From Candidatus Doudnabacteria bacterium RIFCSPHIGHO2_02_FULL_42_25 (GTDB lineage: Bacteria; Patescibacteriota; Doudnabacteria; UBA920; O2-02-FULL-48-8), in NCBI GenBank assembly GCA_001777665.1, contig MFEQ01000006.1, positions 24,309 to 88,308 on the forward strand: 64,000 bases of DNA. Direction: 5' to 3'. Positions 26,519 to 36,679 of this stretch are shown here, in pieces (the first letter of the stretch is position 1; each line of letters opens with the position of its first letter). A program made the translations under genes and the position numbers. Under the pieces are notes generated by a model that saw only the letters and a program-made list of their open reading frames with translations, ran no database searches and was not told where the DNA came from.

Positions 26519-26986
26519 TTGAATATTAATAAAAAATTTATGACAATAATAAGCAAAAGTCGGGTGAGGGTGAAGCCATATATCTTTGGGTTCAGTAAGG
26601 ACGAAGAGCCTGTGCTTAAAGTTGGGTTGAATTTGGAATCAGTCGGGACCAAAACCACCCAGCTCGCCAGCCTAGTCTATACCTTAGTGAAATTTGAGCT
26701 TATCCGCCGCGATGCTTACAGCCGTTGGCGAAAATATTTGAATGAGGTTGGGTTGAGACTTCAGGGTTTAATTTCTTACATGAATGTCCTGTACGATGAC
26801 GATCAACTCATCTATTCGCTGAAATCATATTATTACAAATCTGTTACCCCAGATTATGATAAATTGGCACTGCTTCGCGAAGCCAATGAGCTTCTGGAAA
26901 CGCTTAAAGAAAAGGTTGAAAAAATGAAACTCTTGTCAGAATTTCAAGTCCAGTCTATTCGCAATATAGTCCCACCCCAGACTTGA
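26519..26986 (+). CDS. Hypothetical protein (155 aa)
   Basis: ORF only. Stop overlaps terminator hairpin ccaccccagacttgatctgggtggttttt. Confidence 0.35.
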   Translation: MNINKKFMTIISKSRVRVKPYIFGFSKDEEPVLKVGLNLESVGTKTTQLASLVYTLVKFELIRRDAYSRWRKYLNEVGLRLQGLISYMNVLYDDDQLIYSLKSYYYKSVTPDYDKLALLREANELLETLKEKVEKMKLLSEFQVQSIRNIVPPQT

Positions 26987-27000
26987 TCTGGGTGGTTTTT

Positions 27001-27082
27001 TACCACTTCGAACGATTAGTGAGAAGTCGCTCCTACAAGGGTTAGCGCTTGGAGGAGGGATCTCTCACTTCGTTCGAGATGG
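27001..27082 (+). repeat. ccacttcga...GGAGGAGGGATCTCTCACTTCGTTCGAGATGG element, copy C
   Basis: Shares 5' accaYttcga, gagaaRtcg and the 29-nt 3' block with copies A and B. Confidence 0.65.
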
Positions 27083-27139
27083 TAAAACGCTTTCGCTGGG
27101 ATGGTAAAAAAAGTCATGATTTAGTAGAATATGTAGGCT

Positions 27140-27763
27140 ATGTCCACTCTACCAAAATCGATTCATAATTTAATCAATGAATTTTCCAAACTTCCTGGGA
27201 TCGGACCCAAAAGCGCTTCCCGGCTGACTTTTTATTTACTCAAAAATCCGGAGATTGATTTACAAGGATTTTCTACTGCCATCGCCAATCTCAAAAAAGA
27301 TGTCATCTATTGTTCGACTTGCTTCAATATGGCCGAGACTAGTCCATGTAAAATTTGTTCTGATCCGAAAAGAGACCAGAAACTGATCTGTGTGGTAGAA
27401 GATGCTCTCGATGTCGTGGCCATGGATCAGATCGCTGATTTCAATGGTGTCTACCACGTCTTAGGTGGTGTTATCTCTCCGCTAAATGGAGTTAGTCCTG
27501 AAAATCTGAAAATCAAAGAACTGCTCAATCGATTAGAGCAGTTGGATCTAGGTGAAATCGTTCTGGCGACAAATCCTTCGCTTGAAGGCGAAGCGACAGC
27601 TATGTATATCACTAAACAAATCAAAATTCAAAATTCAAAATTCAAAAATATCAAAAATATCAAAATCACCCGAATCGCGAGAGGATTGCCCACTGGTGCT
27701 GATCTCGAGTATGCGGATGAGTATACTTTATCCAAAGCCTTGGAGGGCCGAAGGGAGTATTAA
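27140..27763 (+). CDS. recR: Recombination protein RecR
   Basis: C4 zinc finger CSTCFNMAETSPCKIC and Toprim domain. Contains an in-frame simple-sequence repeat (27622-27668). Confidence 0.85.
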   Translation: MSTLPKSIHNLINEFSKLPGIGPKSASRLTFYLLKNPEIDLQGFSTAIANLKKDVIYCSTCFNMAETSPCKICSDPKRDQKLICVVEDALDVVAMDQIADFNGVYHVLGGVISPLNGVSPENLKIKELLNRLEQLDLGEIVLATNPSLEGEATAMYITKQIKIQNSKFKNIKNIKITRIARGLPTGADLEYADEYTLSKALEGRREY

Positions 27764-27765
27764 TT

Positions 27766-27808
27766 AAAAAGGAGGCCACCGCGAGCATGCTCGCGGTGGC
27801 CTTTTTGC
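27766..27808. terminator. Bidirectional terminator (aaaaaggaggccaccgcgagcatgctcgcggtggccttttt)
   Basis: Perfect 14-bp GC stem flanked by A-run and T-run. Confidence 0.75.
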
Positions 27809-27864
27809 GTCAGTTAAACCTACCCGACATTGGTAGGTGCCCATTATAACCGACGCGGCGGGAC

Positions 27865-28077
27865 CTATCCGTGAATACGTCTCAGGAGCTGGTGCCGGCT
27901 CTCTGCAGTAGCGAGTTGGTTCGAAGCGAACCGACGCGCCTGTTGAACCAACTCCTTCATCGCAGGATCCTGGCTTTCCAGGATGACCTGGGGATCGAGC
28001 TTCCTTTCACGGATGTAAGTTTCAAACTGCTGCTGCTCGAACTCTTCGAGTGGCAGGATGTGGCGGGATTCAGGCAC
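27865..28077 (-). CDS. GC-rich small ORF (70 aa, MPESRHILPLEEFEQQQFETYIRERKLDPQ...), unknown; sits where rpmA would be expected downstream of rplU
   Basis: GTG start 7 nt after AAGGAGG on the minus strand. GC-rich island about 27860-28120. Confidence 0.4.
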   Translation of the reverse strand: MPESRHILPLEEFEQQQFETYIRERKLDPQVILESQDPAMKELVQQARRFASNQLATAESRHQLLRRIHG

Positions 28078-28159
28078 GGGGCTACCTCCTTGGGGAAGCG
28101 GTCGGCGAACTTAACAGCCAAAAGCAAATCACAAAAAGCTTGTGACCTAGTTTCGGATT

Positions 28160-28468
28160 TTAAGCGATGCTTTGGATTTCGACCACTGTTTGTTGCTGGC
28201 GGTGCCCAGTTTTTCTTCGGTACCGAGACTTCGCTCGATATTTAAACACCACTAATTTTTCACCTTTTTGTTGCTTCAAAACTTTGCCAGTAACCTTAGC
28301 TCCTGACAAATATGGTTTACCTAAATTAACGCTATCATCAGACGCGACTAAAAGAACCTTATCAAAGGTCACAGTGTCGCCTTCTTGGGCGGTGAGTTTT
28401 TCGATTATGAGTTTGTCCTTTGGGGAGACCAGATACTGCTTCCCGCCGGTTTCAATTACTGCTTGCAT
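28160..28468 (-). CDS. rplU: 50S ribosomal protein L21
   Basis: MQAVIETGGKQYLV... matches the L21 N-terminus. Start moved to the internal ATG at 28468. Confidence 0.8.
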   Translation of the reverse strand: MQAVIETGGKQYLVSPKDKLIIEKLTAQEGDTVTFDKVLLVASDDSVNLGKPYLSGAKVTGKVLKQQKGEKLVVFKYRAKSRYRRKTGHRQQQTVVEIQSIA

Positions 28469-28515
28469 GATTTTACGAATCTTATAACTAAGACAGTTTA
28501 GCAAAAAACTGCACG

Positions 28516-28926
28516 CTAGTCAACAATTGCCTGATCCCCGACTTTAATCCCATTTTTGGACGCCCAGCCAGCATTTACCTCTAATACGCTATCAACAGCG
28601 CTTTTGGGCGTATATATAGTCGTCTGGTCCCTAAACCCGACATTCGGAGTTATCTCTATGACCTTGCCATCTTTGATCCAGATAAAATCAAGCGGGAATT
28701 TCATGTCCTTCATCCAGAATCCATAAGCGTCTGGGGACTCGAAAATGAATAACATGCCACTATTTTCGCCTAGGCTTTCTCTACCAGATAGCCCCTGATT
28801 TCGTGCATCTGGAGTCTGTGCAATTTCAATCTCAACTCTTTCATTGCCTACACTCATAGTCGGAACTCGGTTGCAACTCACCGCCATAAAAACTAAAGAG
28901 ATAAAAACAATTGCTATCTTACTCAT
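28516..28926 (-). CDS. DUF192-domain secreted protein
   Basis: Lipoprotein-like signal (AVSC). GMLFIFESPDAYGFWMKDMKFPLDFIWI pattern of DUF192. Confidence 0.5.
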   Translation of the reverse strand: MSKIAIVFISLVFMAVSCNRVPTMSVGNERVEIEIAQTPDARNQGLSGRESLGENSGMLFIFESPDAYGFWMKDMKFPLDFIWIKDGKVIEITPNVGFRDQTTIYTPKSAVDSVLEVNAGWASKNGIKVGDQAIVD

Positions 28927-29968
28927 GGGTTCTTCCTTTGGCCCTTAATACTGAATACAAAGAAGCGATGATCGAGAGCATGACCAGAAATAATATAATC
29001 AAAGCGATAAATTTACCTCGGGATTGAAGAAATAATCCGACTCCCCCAAATATCCCAGCCAAGGCGTAGAGGAATAACACCGCTTGAGGCACAGAAAATC
29101 CAATTTCGGTTAGCCTGAAATGCAAATGTTTCCGATCCCCTGAAAACGGCGATTGTTTATTGGCTAGTCGCTGCACGATAACCCAAGCCATATCCAGAAG
29201 TGGAATACCCATAACCAATAATGTCGTGGCCATTTTTCCTCCGGAAATAATAGCGAGCACGGCCAGCATAAACCCGGCAAAAGTTGAGCCGCCTTCCCCC
29301 AAAAATATTTTCGCGGGATGAAAATTCAAAATCAAAAATCCCAAAAGGCTACCGGCAAAAGTAATAGCGAGAATAGCAGTTTGTGGTTGCATCACTTGCG
29401 GGGATAACGAAAGAGCAAAAATCGAGAGTGCTGCAATTGCGGAAATGCCAGTGACTAATCCATCCATCCCATCTAAAAGTTTGGTTGTATAGGTCATGGT
29501 CATGGTCCACAAAAAAACTATAACCCCAGAAAGTAATGGGCTAAGTTCGATGATCGCATTGGTCAACGGGTGATGAACACTGACCGCCTGGATTCCAGAA
29601 GTAATAATGGCCAAGCACGCCATAATCGGAAAAATAATCGAAAGCTTTGCCGGCAGTCGATAGCGATCATCGAGATAGCCTCCGATCATCAAAATCGCGC
29701 CCCCGATCCAAATTCCCATCAATGCTTCCAGCGGGATGTGGCCATTGAGTAGATATCCTCCGAAAATTCCGATCGCTAACGTCACTAAAAAGAAACTCGA
29801 AAAAATTGCAATTCCTCCGAGCTGTGGAACAGGGCCTTCATGAAAACGTCTTTCGGTATCCGGGACGTCCAGAATTTTTCTTCGAACAGCAATTCTCGAA
29901 ACTAGAAATGTCGCGATAAATGAAATTAGAAATGCCAGAGCAAAAGAAACAAAATAAATAGATCTCAC
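28919..29968 (-). CDS. Glycosyltransferase family 4 polyprenyl-phosphate HexNAc-1-phosphate transferase (WecA/TagO/MraY-like)
   Basis: DDRYRL, KLLDGMDGLVTG and NFHPAKIFLGEGGS motifs. 349 aa, polytopic. Confidence 0.65.
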   Translation of the reverse strand: MRSIYFVSFALAFLISFIATFLVSRIAVRRKILDVPDTERRFHEGPVPQLGGIAIFSSFFLVTLAIGIFGGYLLNGHIPLEALMGIWIGGAILMIGGYLDDRYRLPAKLSIIFPIMACLAIITSGIQAVSVHHPLTNAIIELSPLLSGVIVFLWTMTMTYTTKLLDGMDGLVTGISAIAALSIFALSLSPQVMQPQTAILAITFAGSLLGFLILNFHPAKIFLGEGGSTFAGFMLAVLAIISGGKMATTLLVMGIPLLDMAWVIVQRLANKQSPFSGDRKHLHFRLTEIGFSVPQAVLFLYALAGIFGGVGLFLQSRGKFIALIILFLVMLSIIASLYSVLRAKGRTHE

Positions 29969-31611
29969 AGAGTTTTATCCTTCCTAAATTTCGGGGTCAC
30001 CCAAAATTCCATATATTTGCCGAACATTAATCGGGTTTGAGCGTCTATGGCTGGAAATGATCCAAACACCGAAGACACAATTGGCGAAAAAATCCACTGC
30101 CAGATCATGGAAAATGATTTCCATTTACTGTACCCGGCTGGCCTTTTGGGTAACAAAACCAAACTCACGTAAACTGAAAAAATCAAAAAGAAAGTCGCAA
30201 TACTCATAATCGCTCTGGTCATGAGAGGTAAATTGAGTGCCAAAACTGTGGTCCCAAATCTGTCTCCGCCAAAAATCAAAGGCAACCACCCCAGCAACGC
30301 AATCATGATCGAAGCCGTCGCCCAAAAATAATATCCTTCGACCATCCGATAACCATAAAGTAATTTTTTCCAAAGGGGCATTTTTTTATTGCGCGCGAAC
30401 TGTGGGAAAACGATCGAAATTTGAATTGCACCCCAGGCCCAGCGTCGTTTCTGTTTGTACTGCGCGACCAAAGTTCCCCAGTATGATTGTCCTAAGACTG
30501 CATCCATCGAAACTACTGTAAACAATGGGTGGGTTCGATAGTCACCATTAAAATAATTGAAGCACTGCCAAAAAATATAGGAATCTTCTGGAATTAAATC
30601 TCGACGCCAAAACCCGACTTCGACTAAAGTTTTAAAACTCATGGAATGAGATGAAAAAGTTACCAATCGATCAGGCCTCGAAGCTTCAACCAGCTGCCAA
30701 AACGAAGATGAGATAGCGATTACGCGCGCAATTGCTGGAGTATCCCAAATATTATTATGGAACATGGGCATGGGCTGATAACTCGCTTGATGAGGTTTAT
30801 CAATGGTTAGGAAATCAAACGTTAAGTGAGCAAAATAATTCGTTGCGACAGAAGTATCACAATCAAAATTAGAAACAATAACATTCTCGTATGGAATCCC
30901 CCAGTTGATCAGGTCTTGTGCAATTTTTTCAGCTGCGAAAGCACAGTTCGCGCCTTTGCCCCGAGCTTCCCCTAGCAACCCATCTGGATGAACGACAATA
31001 GAAAATGAATGAAATTCTTTTGAGAACTTTTCTTTTAAAATTTGTGCTCTCTGCAACGCTTCAGTTCCGGCCCGTTCTTCCACAGCCAAAACAAAAATTA
31101 GTTTCTCATTGGGATAATCAGCGTTTGAGTAAGAACGAATGGCTGGTTCCAGAACATCCAGCCCTTCTTGATATAACGGGACAATTATTAAATGATAAAT
31201 TTTGGTCCAATCCAAATCTCGATTGTCATTTATAGCTTCGATTCTTGCTAGATGTTCTTTAAAAGTTCTTTTGGTAACTCTTTTATTCGCTTCGAGTACT
31301 TGTTGGTTTAAATATTTTTTAAAACCATCCGTGTCGATCAGGCGCTGACACCAATCCTTCCAATCAATTTTGTCGTGAACTTTCAAACGATAATAAGAAT
31401 GCATTAAATGGGTGGCCACATTACCACCTTTCAAAAACCAATACAAATCAAAAAGAATAATATAAACAGAAATCCACACTGGGTGGTAATATGACAAAAG
31501 AGGAGCACCAATCAAAGTGACCCAAGTTAAAAATCCCGGTAAAATTTCGAGCAACCTGATTCCAAAAGTCCGTTTATTCATTGACAAAAATGAGCACAAT
31601 CGTGGCAGCAA
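29965..31611 (-). CDS. Processive family-2 glycosyltransferase (cellulose/chitin-synthase-like)
   Basis: DxD-type SNFDCDT and QxxRW (QYKQKRRWAWG) motifs with flanking TM helices. Confidence 0.6.
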   Translation of the reverse strand: MLPRLCSFLSMNKRTFGIRLLEILPGFLTWVTLIGAPLLSYYHPVWISVYIILFDLYWFLKGGNVATHLMHSYYRLKVHDKIDWKDWCQRLIDTDGFKKYLNQQVLEANKRVTKRTFKEHLARIEAINDNRDLDWTKIYHLIIVPLYQEGLDVLEPAIRSYSNADYPNEKLIFVLAVEERAGTEALQRAQILKEKFSKEFHSFSIVVHPDGLLGEARGKGANCAFAAEKIAQDLINWGIPYENVIVSNFDCDTSVATNYFAHLTFDFLTIDKPHQASYQPMPMFHNNIWDTPAIARVIAISSSFWQLVEASRPDRLVTFSSHSMSFKTLVEVGFWRRDLIPEDSYIFWQCFNYFNGDYRTHPLFTVVSMDAVLGQSYWGTLVAQYKQKRRWAWGAIQISIVFPQFARNKKMPLWKKLLYGYRMVEGYYFWATASIMIALLGWLPLIFGGDRFGTTVLALNLPLMTRAIMSIATFFLIFSVYVSLVLLPKRPAGYSKWKSFSMIWQWIFSPIVSSVFGSFPAIDAQTRLMFGKYMEFWVTPKFRKDKTL

Positions 31612-31951
31612 AAAATACCAGCTGAACCGGAATGCTGCTGAAACTTATAAAATATGAGGCAAGTTTTTCCTTCCGATAAAATCGGATAGCCAAAATTAAA
31701 TTAACAAAAAGCAAAACCAGTGCTAACAGGGGGATCCAATATAGATACAAACTTCTCCCAATAAAGTCAGCGCCGAGTATGACATTGTAGTGCAGCAACA
31801 GTTGTTCTTCAGTCGGTTTGATCTTGATATAGAGGGTTATCCAATGTATAATATTGATTAAGAACGCGACTGAAATTCCCACTGAATTCATTCGGTCAGA
31901 AATAAACGGTTTTTTGGAGGCTAATGCCTCATGAAGTTTGGTCGAAAACAT
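31574..31951 (-). CDS. Small polytopic membrane protein (125 aa), hypothetical
   Basis: ORF with three hydrophobic segments. Confidence 0.3.
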   Translation of the reverse strand: MFSTKLHEALASKKPFISDRMNSVGISVAFLINIIHWITLYIKIKPTEEQLLLHYNVILGADFIGRSLYLYWIPLLALVLLFVNLILAIRFYRKEKLASYFISFSSIPVQLVFFAATIVLIFVNE

Positions 31952-33539
31952 CTATCAAATTATAATGAAAAAGTTCCTAAAAGACAACTGGATTCTGCTT
32001 TTAATTGCTGCCCTGGCTGTTTTTTTTCGATACTGGCAAATCACGAGTTTGCCGGGTGGATTATTCCCTGACGAAGCCGCCAACGGCTTAGATGTTAATA
32101 ATATTTTAAAGGGTGAAATTCAGCCCTTTTATGAACGGGGCAATGGTCGCGAAGCCTTGTTTTTTTACTTTTTGGCAGCGGTCGTAGAGTTTTTTGGTCG
32201 CGGGGCCTGGCAACATCATGTGATCTCCGCGGGATTTAGTGTCGCCACTGTGATTGCCACTTATTTTTTGGCCAAACGAATGTTTGGAAAAAATGTGGCT
32301 CTGCTCTCCTCTTTTTTCATGGCAGTATCGAGCTATGCTGTAATCGTGTCTCGAACCGCGTTTCGAGCCAACACTGTGCCCCTGATGGCAACTCTGACTC
32401 TTTTTTTCTTAGTCAAATTTTTTCAGGCCGAAGATAAAAAAACAAAGTATTGGTCAGCTGCTGCCTCCGGCTTATTTTTTGCTTTAGGGTTTTACACCTA
32501 CATTTCTTTCCGAATGATGGTCCCGCTCCTCGTCGGGTTTGGAGCCCTCCTGTTTTTAGCCAAACGAAGCAACTGGAAAGAAGTGTTCAGGGTTTATACA
32601 AAATACAAACTGGTGTTTGCTGGAGCATTCATCCTTGGGATTAGCTGGATCGCTAATTACTTTTATCAGCATCCAGGAAGTTTCGTTGGCAGAGCTGGCC
32701 ACGTTTCAATTTTCAACAAAGATTTAAACAACGGTAACATTCTTGGCACTTTCTTCGACGTTTTCATTAAAACTATGGTTGGGTTTTTCACTGAAGGTGA
32801 TCTGAATTGGCGACATAATGTCTCGGGACAACCGTTTCTCTCGCCGTACATCAGCCCATTTTTTGCTGTAGGCTTGATTTTGTTTACAATAGCGATGTTT
32901 GTTCTGCTGAAACAAGTTTGGGAACAAAAACTCAAAGCCGAAACTGTCTACATGGCCCTCTGCGGCACTTGGTTTTGGTTTATGTTAGCCCCTGAAGTGA
33001 CAACCGCAGAAGGCATTCCGCATGGACTGCGACTGATAGGGGTCATCCCAGTTGTGTTTATTATTTCAGCTTGGGGTATTTACTGGGTTTGGAAAAAACT
33101 TACCGTCAATCATCATGGCTGGCCGAAATATTATTTCGCAACCTTATTTTTATCAATTGTCGCAGTATTTAATTTTTATTTATACTTTGTCGTTGCTGCT
33201 GGGTCTCCCGAATACTATTATTCGTTCCGATCAGACTTAACCTCGGTTTCGGAATATTTGAATCAACGCAATCTCAAAGATCGAACTTATTTATCACTGG
33301 ATAAGTTTTCCGTGCAAACTGTTGATTATCTGACCACGGAAAAAAACCAGCCATTTATTCTAGTTGATCCCGCGCACACTTATGAAGTAAAATTAAAAAA
33401 AGGTGACCAGGTTGTCTTCACCATGAGCACGATCTACGATCGGATAAAATTTACAGAATTTCATCCAAACGCTCAATTAGTTGGTGAATACTTCAACCAA
33501 TTCAATGAGCTAATTATGTTGGTCTATGAGCAAAAGTAA
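31938..33539 (+). CDS. GT39/GT83 (ArnT/PMT-like) membrane glycosyltransferase
   Basis: N-terminal FRYWQITSLPGGLFPDEAANG..GREALFFYF pattern of ArnT-family enzymes; 533 aa polytopic. Confidence 0.6.
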   Translation: MVENIYQIIMKKFLKDNWILLLIAALAVFFRYWQITSLPGGLFPDEAANGLDVNNILKGEIQPFYERGNGREALFFYFLAAVVEFFGRGAWQHHVISAGFSVATVIATYFLAKRMFGKNVALLSSFFMAVSSYAVIVSRTAFRANTVPLMATLTLFFLVKFFQAEDKKTKYWSAAASGLFFALGFYTYISFRMMVPLLVGFGALLFLAKRSNWKEVFRVYTKYKLVFAGAFILGISWIANYFYQHPGSFVGRAGHVSIFNKDLNNGNILGTFFDVFIKTMVGFFTEGDLNWRHNVSGQPFLSPYISPFFAVGLILFTIAMFVLLKQVWEQKLKAETVYMALCGTWFWFMLAPEVTTAEGIPHGLRLIGVIPVVFIISAWGIYWVWKKLTVNHHGWPKYYFATLFLSIVAVFNFYLYFVVAAGSPEYYYSFRSDLTSVSEYLNQRNLKDRTYLSLDKFSVQTVDYLTTEKNQPFILVDPAHTYEVKLKKGDQVVFTMSTIYDRIKFTEFHPNAQLVGEYFNQFNELIMLVYEQK

Positions 33540-35067
33540 AGAAATAATTACTCGCGACAATTCTGGAATATTTAAACTCCTGGGTATTTTAATCCTCGGC
33601 GGTTTGCTTCGATTTTACAACAATACTGCTGTAGCACTCTGGCACGATGAAGCCTTTTCTGCTCTTTACATCAAGTACTCTTGGTCAGAAATGATGCATC
33701 GAATCGGCCTGGATGTGCACCCTCCCCTCTACTATTGGGTCTTGCGTTTGTGGAGCTATGTCTTCGGTGACGGACTACTTTCGTTACGGTTCTTGTCGAT
33801 ACTCTTTGGAGTCCTCACGATCTACGCTGGCTATCTGTTCGTTAAAAAGGCTTTTAACCCGCCCGCCCCGCAAGCGGGAGCGTTGCGGGCAGGTAATCCG
33901 AAGCTGGCTTTGATTGCCGCGTTCTTTCTGGCGATCAACCCTTTTCAAATTCAGTACTCACTGGAAGCGAGAATGTATACACTCGGAACTTTTCTGGTTT
34001 TGATAAGCACCTGGTTGCTACTGAAAGCATTAGAAGATAACAAGTACTCAACTTGGGCCTGGTATGGAGTAGCTACTGCAGCAGGACTACTCACCCATTA
34101 CTACATCGTGTTTTCAATCATGGCTCAAGGGCTTTATGTCCTCTATTTATTTATCCGAAATCGAAAAATCAACTACAAAGCGGTCGGGAGTTATATTTTG
34201 GCCGCTATCCTCTTTTTGCCGTGGCTACCGACATTCCTGATCCAAATCAAGCGCGTCACTTCAGCTTTTTGGATTCCAGAACCTGATCGATGGAGCGTAC
34301 CCAGTACAATTTTCAAAATGATTTTTGGAGGCCAGGGTAATGATCACTTAACTTTGATCGTTATTTTGATTGTCGCAATTTTTGTCATCTATTATTTTTT
34401 TAAAGAAACCAAGCCTCCAATTCGATGGTTAATTATTTCAGGTGTGGCTATCCCATTTCTCGCAGCCATCCTGTTATCTTTTAAGCAAGCTATCTACCTG
34501 GATCGATACTTTGTCTTTGCTTCACTCTTTTTCACTATCCTTATAGCGGCAGCTTTGTTTTATGTGCCTAAATATACCACTCGCAGAACGCTCACGATCG
34601 TCTTTGCACTGATCAGTCTTATTCTATTTTTCAAAAACTGGCAGGACCTTGGTGTGAAAAATTTAATTTTTAATCGACAGGTCAATTACAAACCGGGGAT
34701 GGCCGCGGCGGCGGAATTTATCAATGATGGTGCCCAATCAACTGATAAAATTTATGTCGGCTCCAGTTTTATCTACTTTACTTTCAAATATTATAACCAA
34801 ACCGAAATCAGGCCACTTCTCTATTCTTCAGGTTCACTTGAAACAATTCCACATTTTTCCGGCACTGCAATTCTCACCAATGATGATTTAATTCTGGATT
34901 TTAAACCAACAGAAAAAAACAGCAATGTCTGGTTGCTGTGGACAACAGGATTTAGCGGTTCCAAGCCAAACGTTCCAGGAAATTGGAGTATAGTCACCGA
35001 GAAGCAATGGACTGACACCCCCGGGTTTAAAGGTGAAATAATCGTTACCGAGTACCGGGTGGATTAA
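33526..35067 (+). CDS. Second GT39/ArnT-like membrane glycosyltransferase (paralog)
   Basis: LRFYNNTAVALWHDEAFSALYI...HPPLYYW. Contains in-frame GC module 33857-33897 (FNPPAPQAGALRAGNPK). Confidence 0.6.
   Translation: MSKSKEIITRDNSGIFKLLGILILGGLLRFYNNTAVALWHDEAFSALYIKYSWSEMMHRIGLDVHPPLYYWVLRLWSYVFGDGLLSLRFLSILFGVLTIYAGYLFVKKAFNPPAPQAGALRAGNPKLALIAAFFLAINPFQIQYSLEARMYTLGTFLVLISTWLLLKALEDNKYSTWAWYGVATAAGLLTHYYIVFSIMAQGLYVLYLFIRNRKINYKAVGSYILAAILFLPWLPTFLIQIKRVTSAFWIPEPDRWSVPSTIFKMIFGGQGNDHLTLIVILIVAIFVIYYFFKETKPPIRWLIISGVAIPFLAAILLSFKQAIYLDRYFVFASLFFTILIAAALFYVPKYTTRRTLTIVFALISLILFFKNWQDLGVKNLIFNRQVNYKPGMAAAAEFINDGAQSTDKIYVGSSFIYFTFKYYNQTEIRPLLYSSGSLETIPHFSGTAILTNDDLILDFKPTEKNSNVWLLWTTGFSGSKPNVPGNWSIVTEKQWTDTPGFKGEIIVTEYRVD
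33857..33897. repeat. GC-rich palindromic module in-frame in the GT39 gene (same family as the murD insert)
   Basis: aacccgcccgccccgcaagcgggagcgttgcgggcagg. Shares the 5' 19-mer and 3' gcgttgcgggc with 3529-3616. Confidence 0.6.
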
Positions 35068-35076
35068 CTCCTTGTT

Positions 35077-35757
35077 TTATTCAATGACCGTACCCTTGAA
35101 AGATCTGCCTGAAAGCAGGTTTTTTAAATTCGATAAGGGTTTACCATTCATCACTACAACTTTTAATTTCAGCTTCTCAGCCAGTTTCGAGGCGACAGGA
35201 TCAAATGGCAAGTTTAATCCTGGGTCCCATTTGTTTCCCACAATTTTGCGAAAATCTTTCCAGGAAATATTTTTTAAAGGTTTAGCCCCTTTGAATTTTT
35301 TCGGATTTTTGTCGTAAACATAATCGATATTGCTCAAATTAATCATAGCCTCGGCTCCATATTTTTTGGCCAAAAGTACAGCGACATAATCTGTTGACCA
35401 GCCTGGCCGAAAACCAGCTGATACAATTATCGGCTCGTTCGCATTTTCAATTTTGTTGGGGTTCTTGATAATTCTTTCATGTGCATGCTTTCGGAATATT
35501 GTTCGCAGCAAATGTCCATTGAGTCTGGTTGAATGTATTCCTAACCAATCTAAATCAACGGACTCCAGATCTCCTAATTTTTTTGCGGCTTCGGAATATC
35601 TTCTACTAGTTCTGCCGCCACCGGTTATTAAAATAAATTTCTTACCTTTTTTAATTTCCGATTCAATTAACTTTTTGAACTGTAACAAAAAATTAACATC
35701 AACTTCGTCAGGAACAATTAACGAACCACCCAAAGAAATAATATACCTATTACTCAT
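35077..35757 (-). CDS. pyrH: UMP kinase / amino-acid-kinase-family protein
   Basis: IISLGGS and ILITGGG nucleotide-binding motifs. Start placed at internal ATG (MSNRYIISLGGS) to avoid overlap with ftsQ. Confidence 0.55.
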   Translation of the reverse strand: MSNRYIISLGGSLIVPDEVDVNFLLQFKKLIESEIKKGKKFILITGGGRTSRRYSEAAKKLGDLESVDLDWLGIHSTRLNGHLLRTIFRKHAHERIIKNPNKIENANEPIIVSAGFRPGWSTDYVAVLLAKKYGAEAMINLSNIDYVYDKNPKKFKGAKPLKNISWKDFRKIVGNKWDPGLNLPFDPVASKLAEKLKLKVVVMNGKPLSNLKNLLSGRSFKGTVIE

Positions 35758-36679
35758 TTGTTGTACTCGCTCCCGCTTCAGTCGGAATCGGTTGTTGTTC
35801 ACAAGGACTCTGTTTGAAGCAATAATATGCCCATTTATTTAATCGCAAATCTATATACGCTAAATTCGGCAGTTCCGAGGCTCTAATCTGTTTCGATAGA
35901 ATAACAGACAAATCAGAGAGCTGTACAGCCACAGAACGGCCAGTATCAAAAAGTACTGCCCAGCCTGTGGTGGTAATAAATTGAACTTCGGTGCTGCTTT
36001 TGCCCGGAAATTTAATAGTATCAATCGGAGTTGTAATTTTACTATTCCAGGATTTATTCATGGTCATAATAAATGGAACCAACTTCTGATTTGGCAATCG
36101 ATCGCCACGAGCAAAGCTCTCGGTTAACTGATCATGCACGACTAAGAAACTTTTCGGATCTTGGACCTCTTCGACGATCACGCCTTCGTCATCAATCAAA
36201 AAATAATTTCCATTGGATTCGATGACAAATCCTGGGGTATGTTCGACGATCTCAATAGTAATTTTATTTGGCCACTTCCGGTCAGAGTTCGTAATTGATT
36301 TAATCGTCGGTATGCCTTTGGTTAGAAGTTTGTTAACTCTTCCCTCGCTCATCAATAAAAAATGATTCTTTTTAATAAAAAATAATCGAGAATTGGCATT
36401 GGCACTTAAGACTTCATCAATTTGTGCAGTAGAAACCTGAGTATTACCTCTCACGGTAACTTCTTTAATCAACAGTGCATCTGAAATAATCAAAAAATAA
36501 ATTAGCAAAAACAATGTAATTACACAAATTATGCGAATTATAGAAAACTTGGATTTACCTTCATTCTTTAAATAAACCCGCTTATAATTACCGGCGGCTT
36601 TGATTTTATTCCGAAATTCCATCGATCCAAATCGTTTTTTCGCCTCAACTTTTTTCCTGTGTCCTGAAAATATCCGCAT
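35750..36679 (-). CDS. ftsQ: FtsQ/DivIB-like cell division protein (TM + POTRA)
   Basis: Single TM then POTRA-like EVTVRGNTQVSTAQIDEVL. Located between ddl and pyrH. Confidence 0.55.
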   Translation of the reverse strand: MRIFSGHRKKVEAKKRFGSMEFRNKIKAAGNYKRVYLKNEGKSKFSIIRIICVITLFLLIYFLIISDALLIKEVTVRGNTQVSTAQIDEVLSANANSRLFFIKKNHFLLMSEGRVNKLLTKGIPTIKSITNSDRKWPNKITIEIVEHTPGFVIESNGNYFLIDDEGVIVEEVQDPKSFLVVHDQLTESFARGDRLPNQKLVPFIMTMNKSWNSKITTPIDTIKFPGKSSTEVQFITTTGWAVLFDTGRSVAVQLSDLSVILSKQIRASELPNLAYIDLRLNKWAYYCFKQSPCEQQPIPTEAGASTTNE

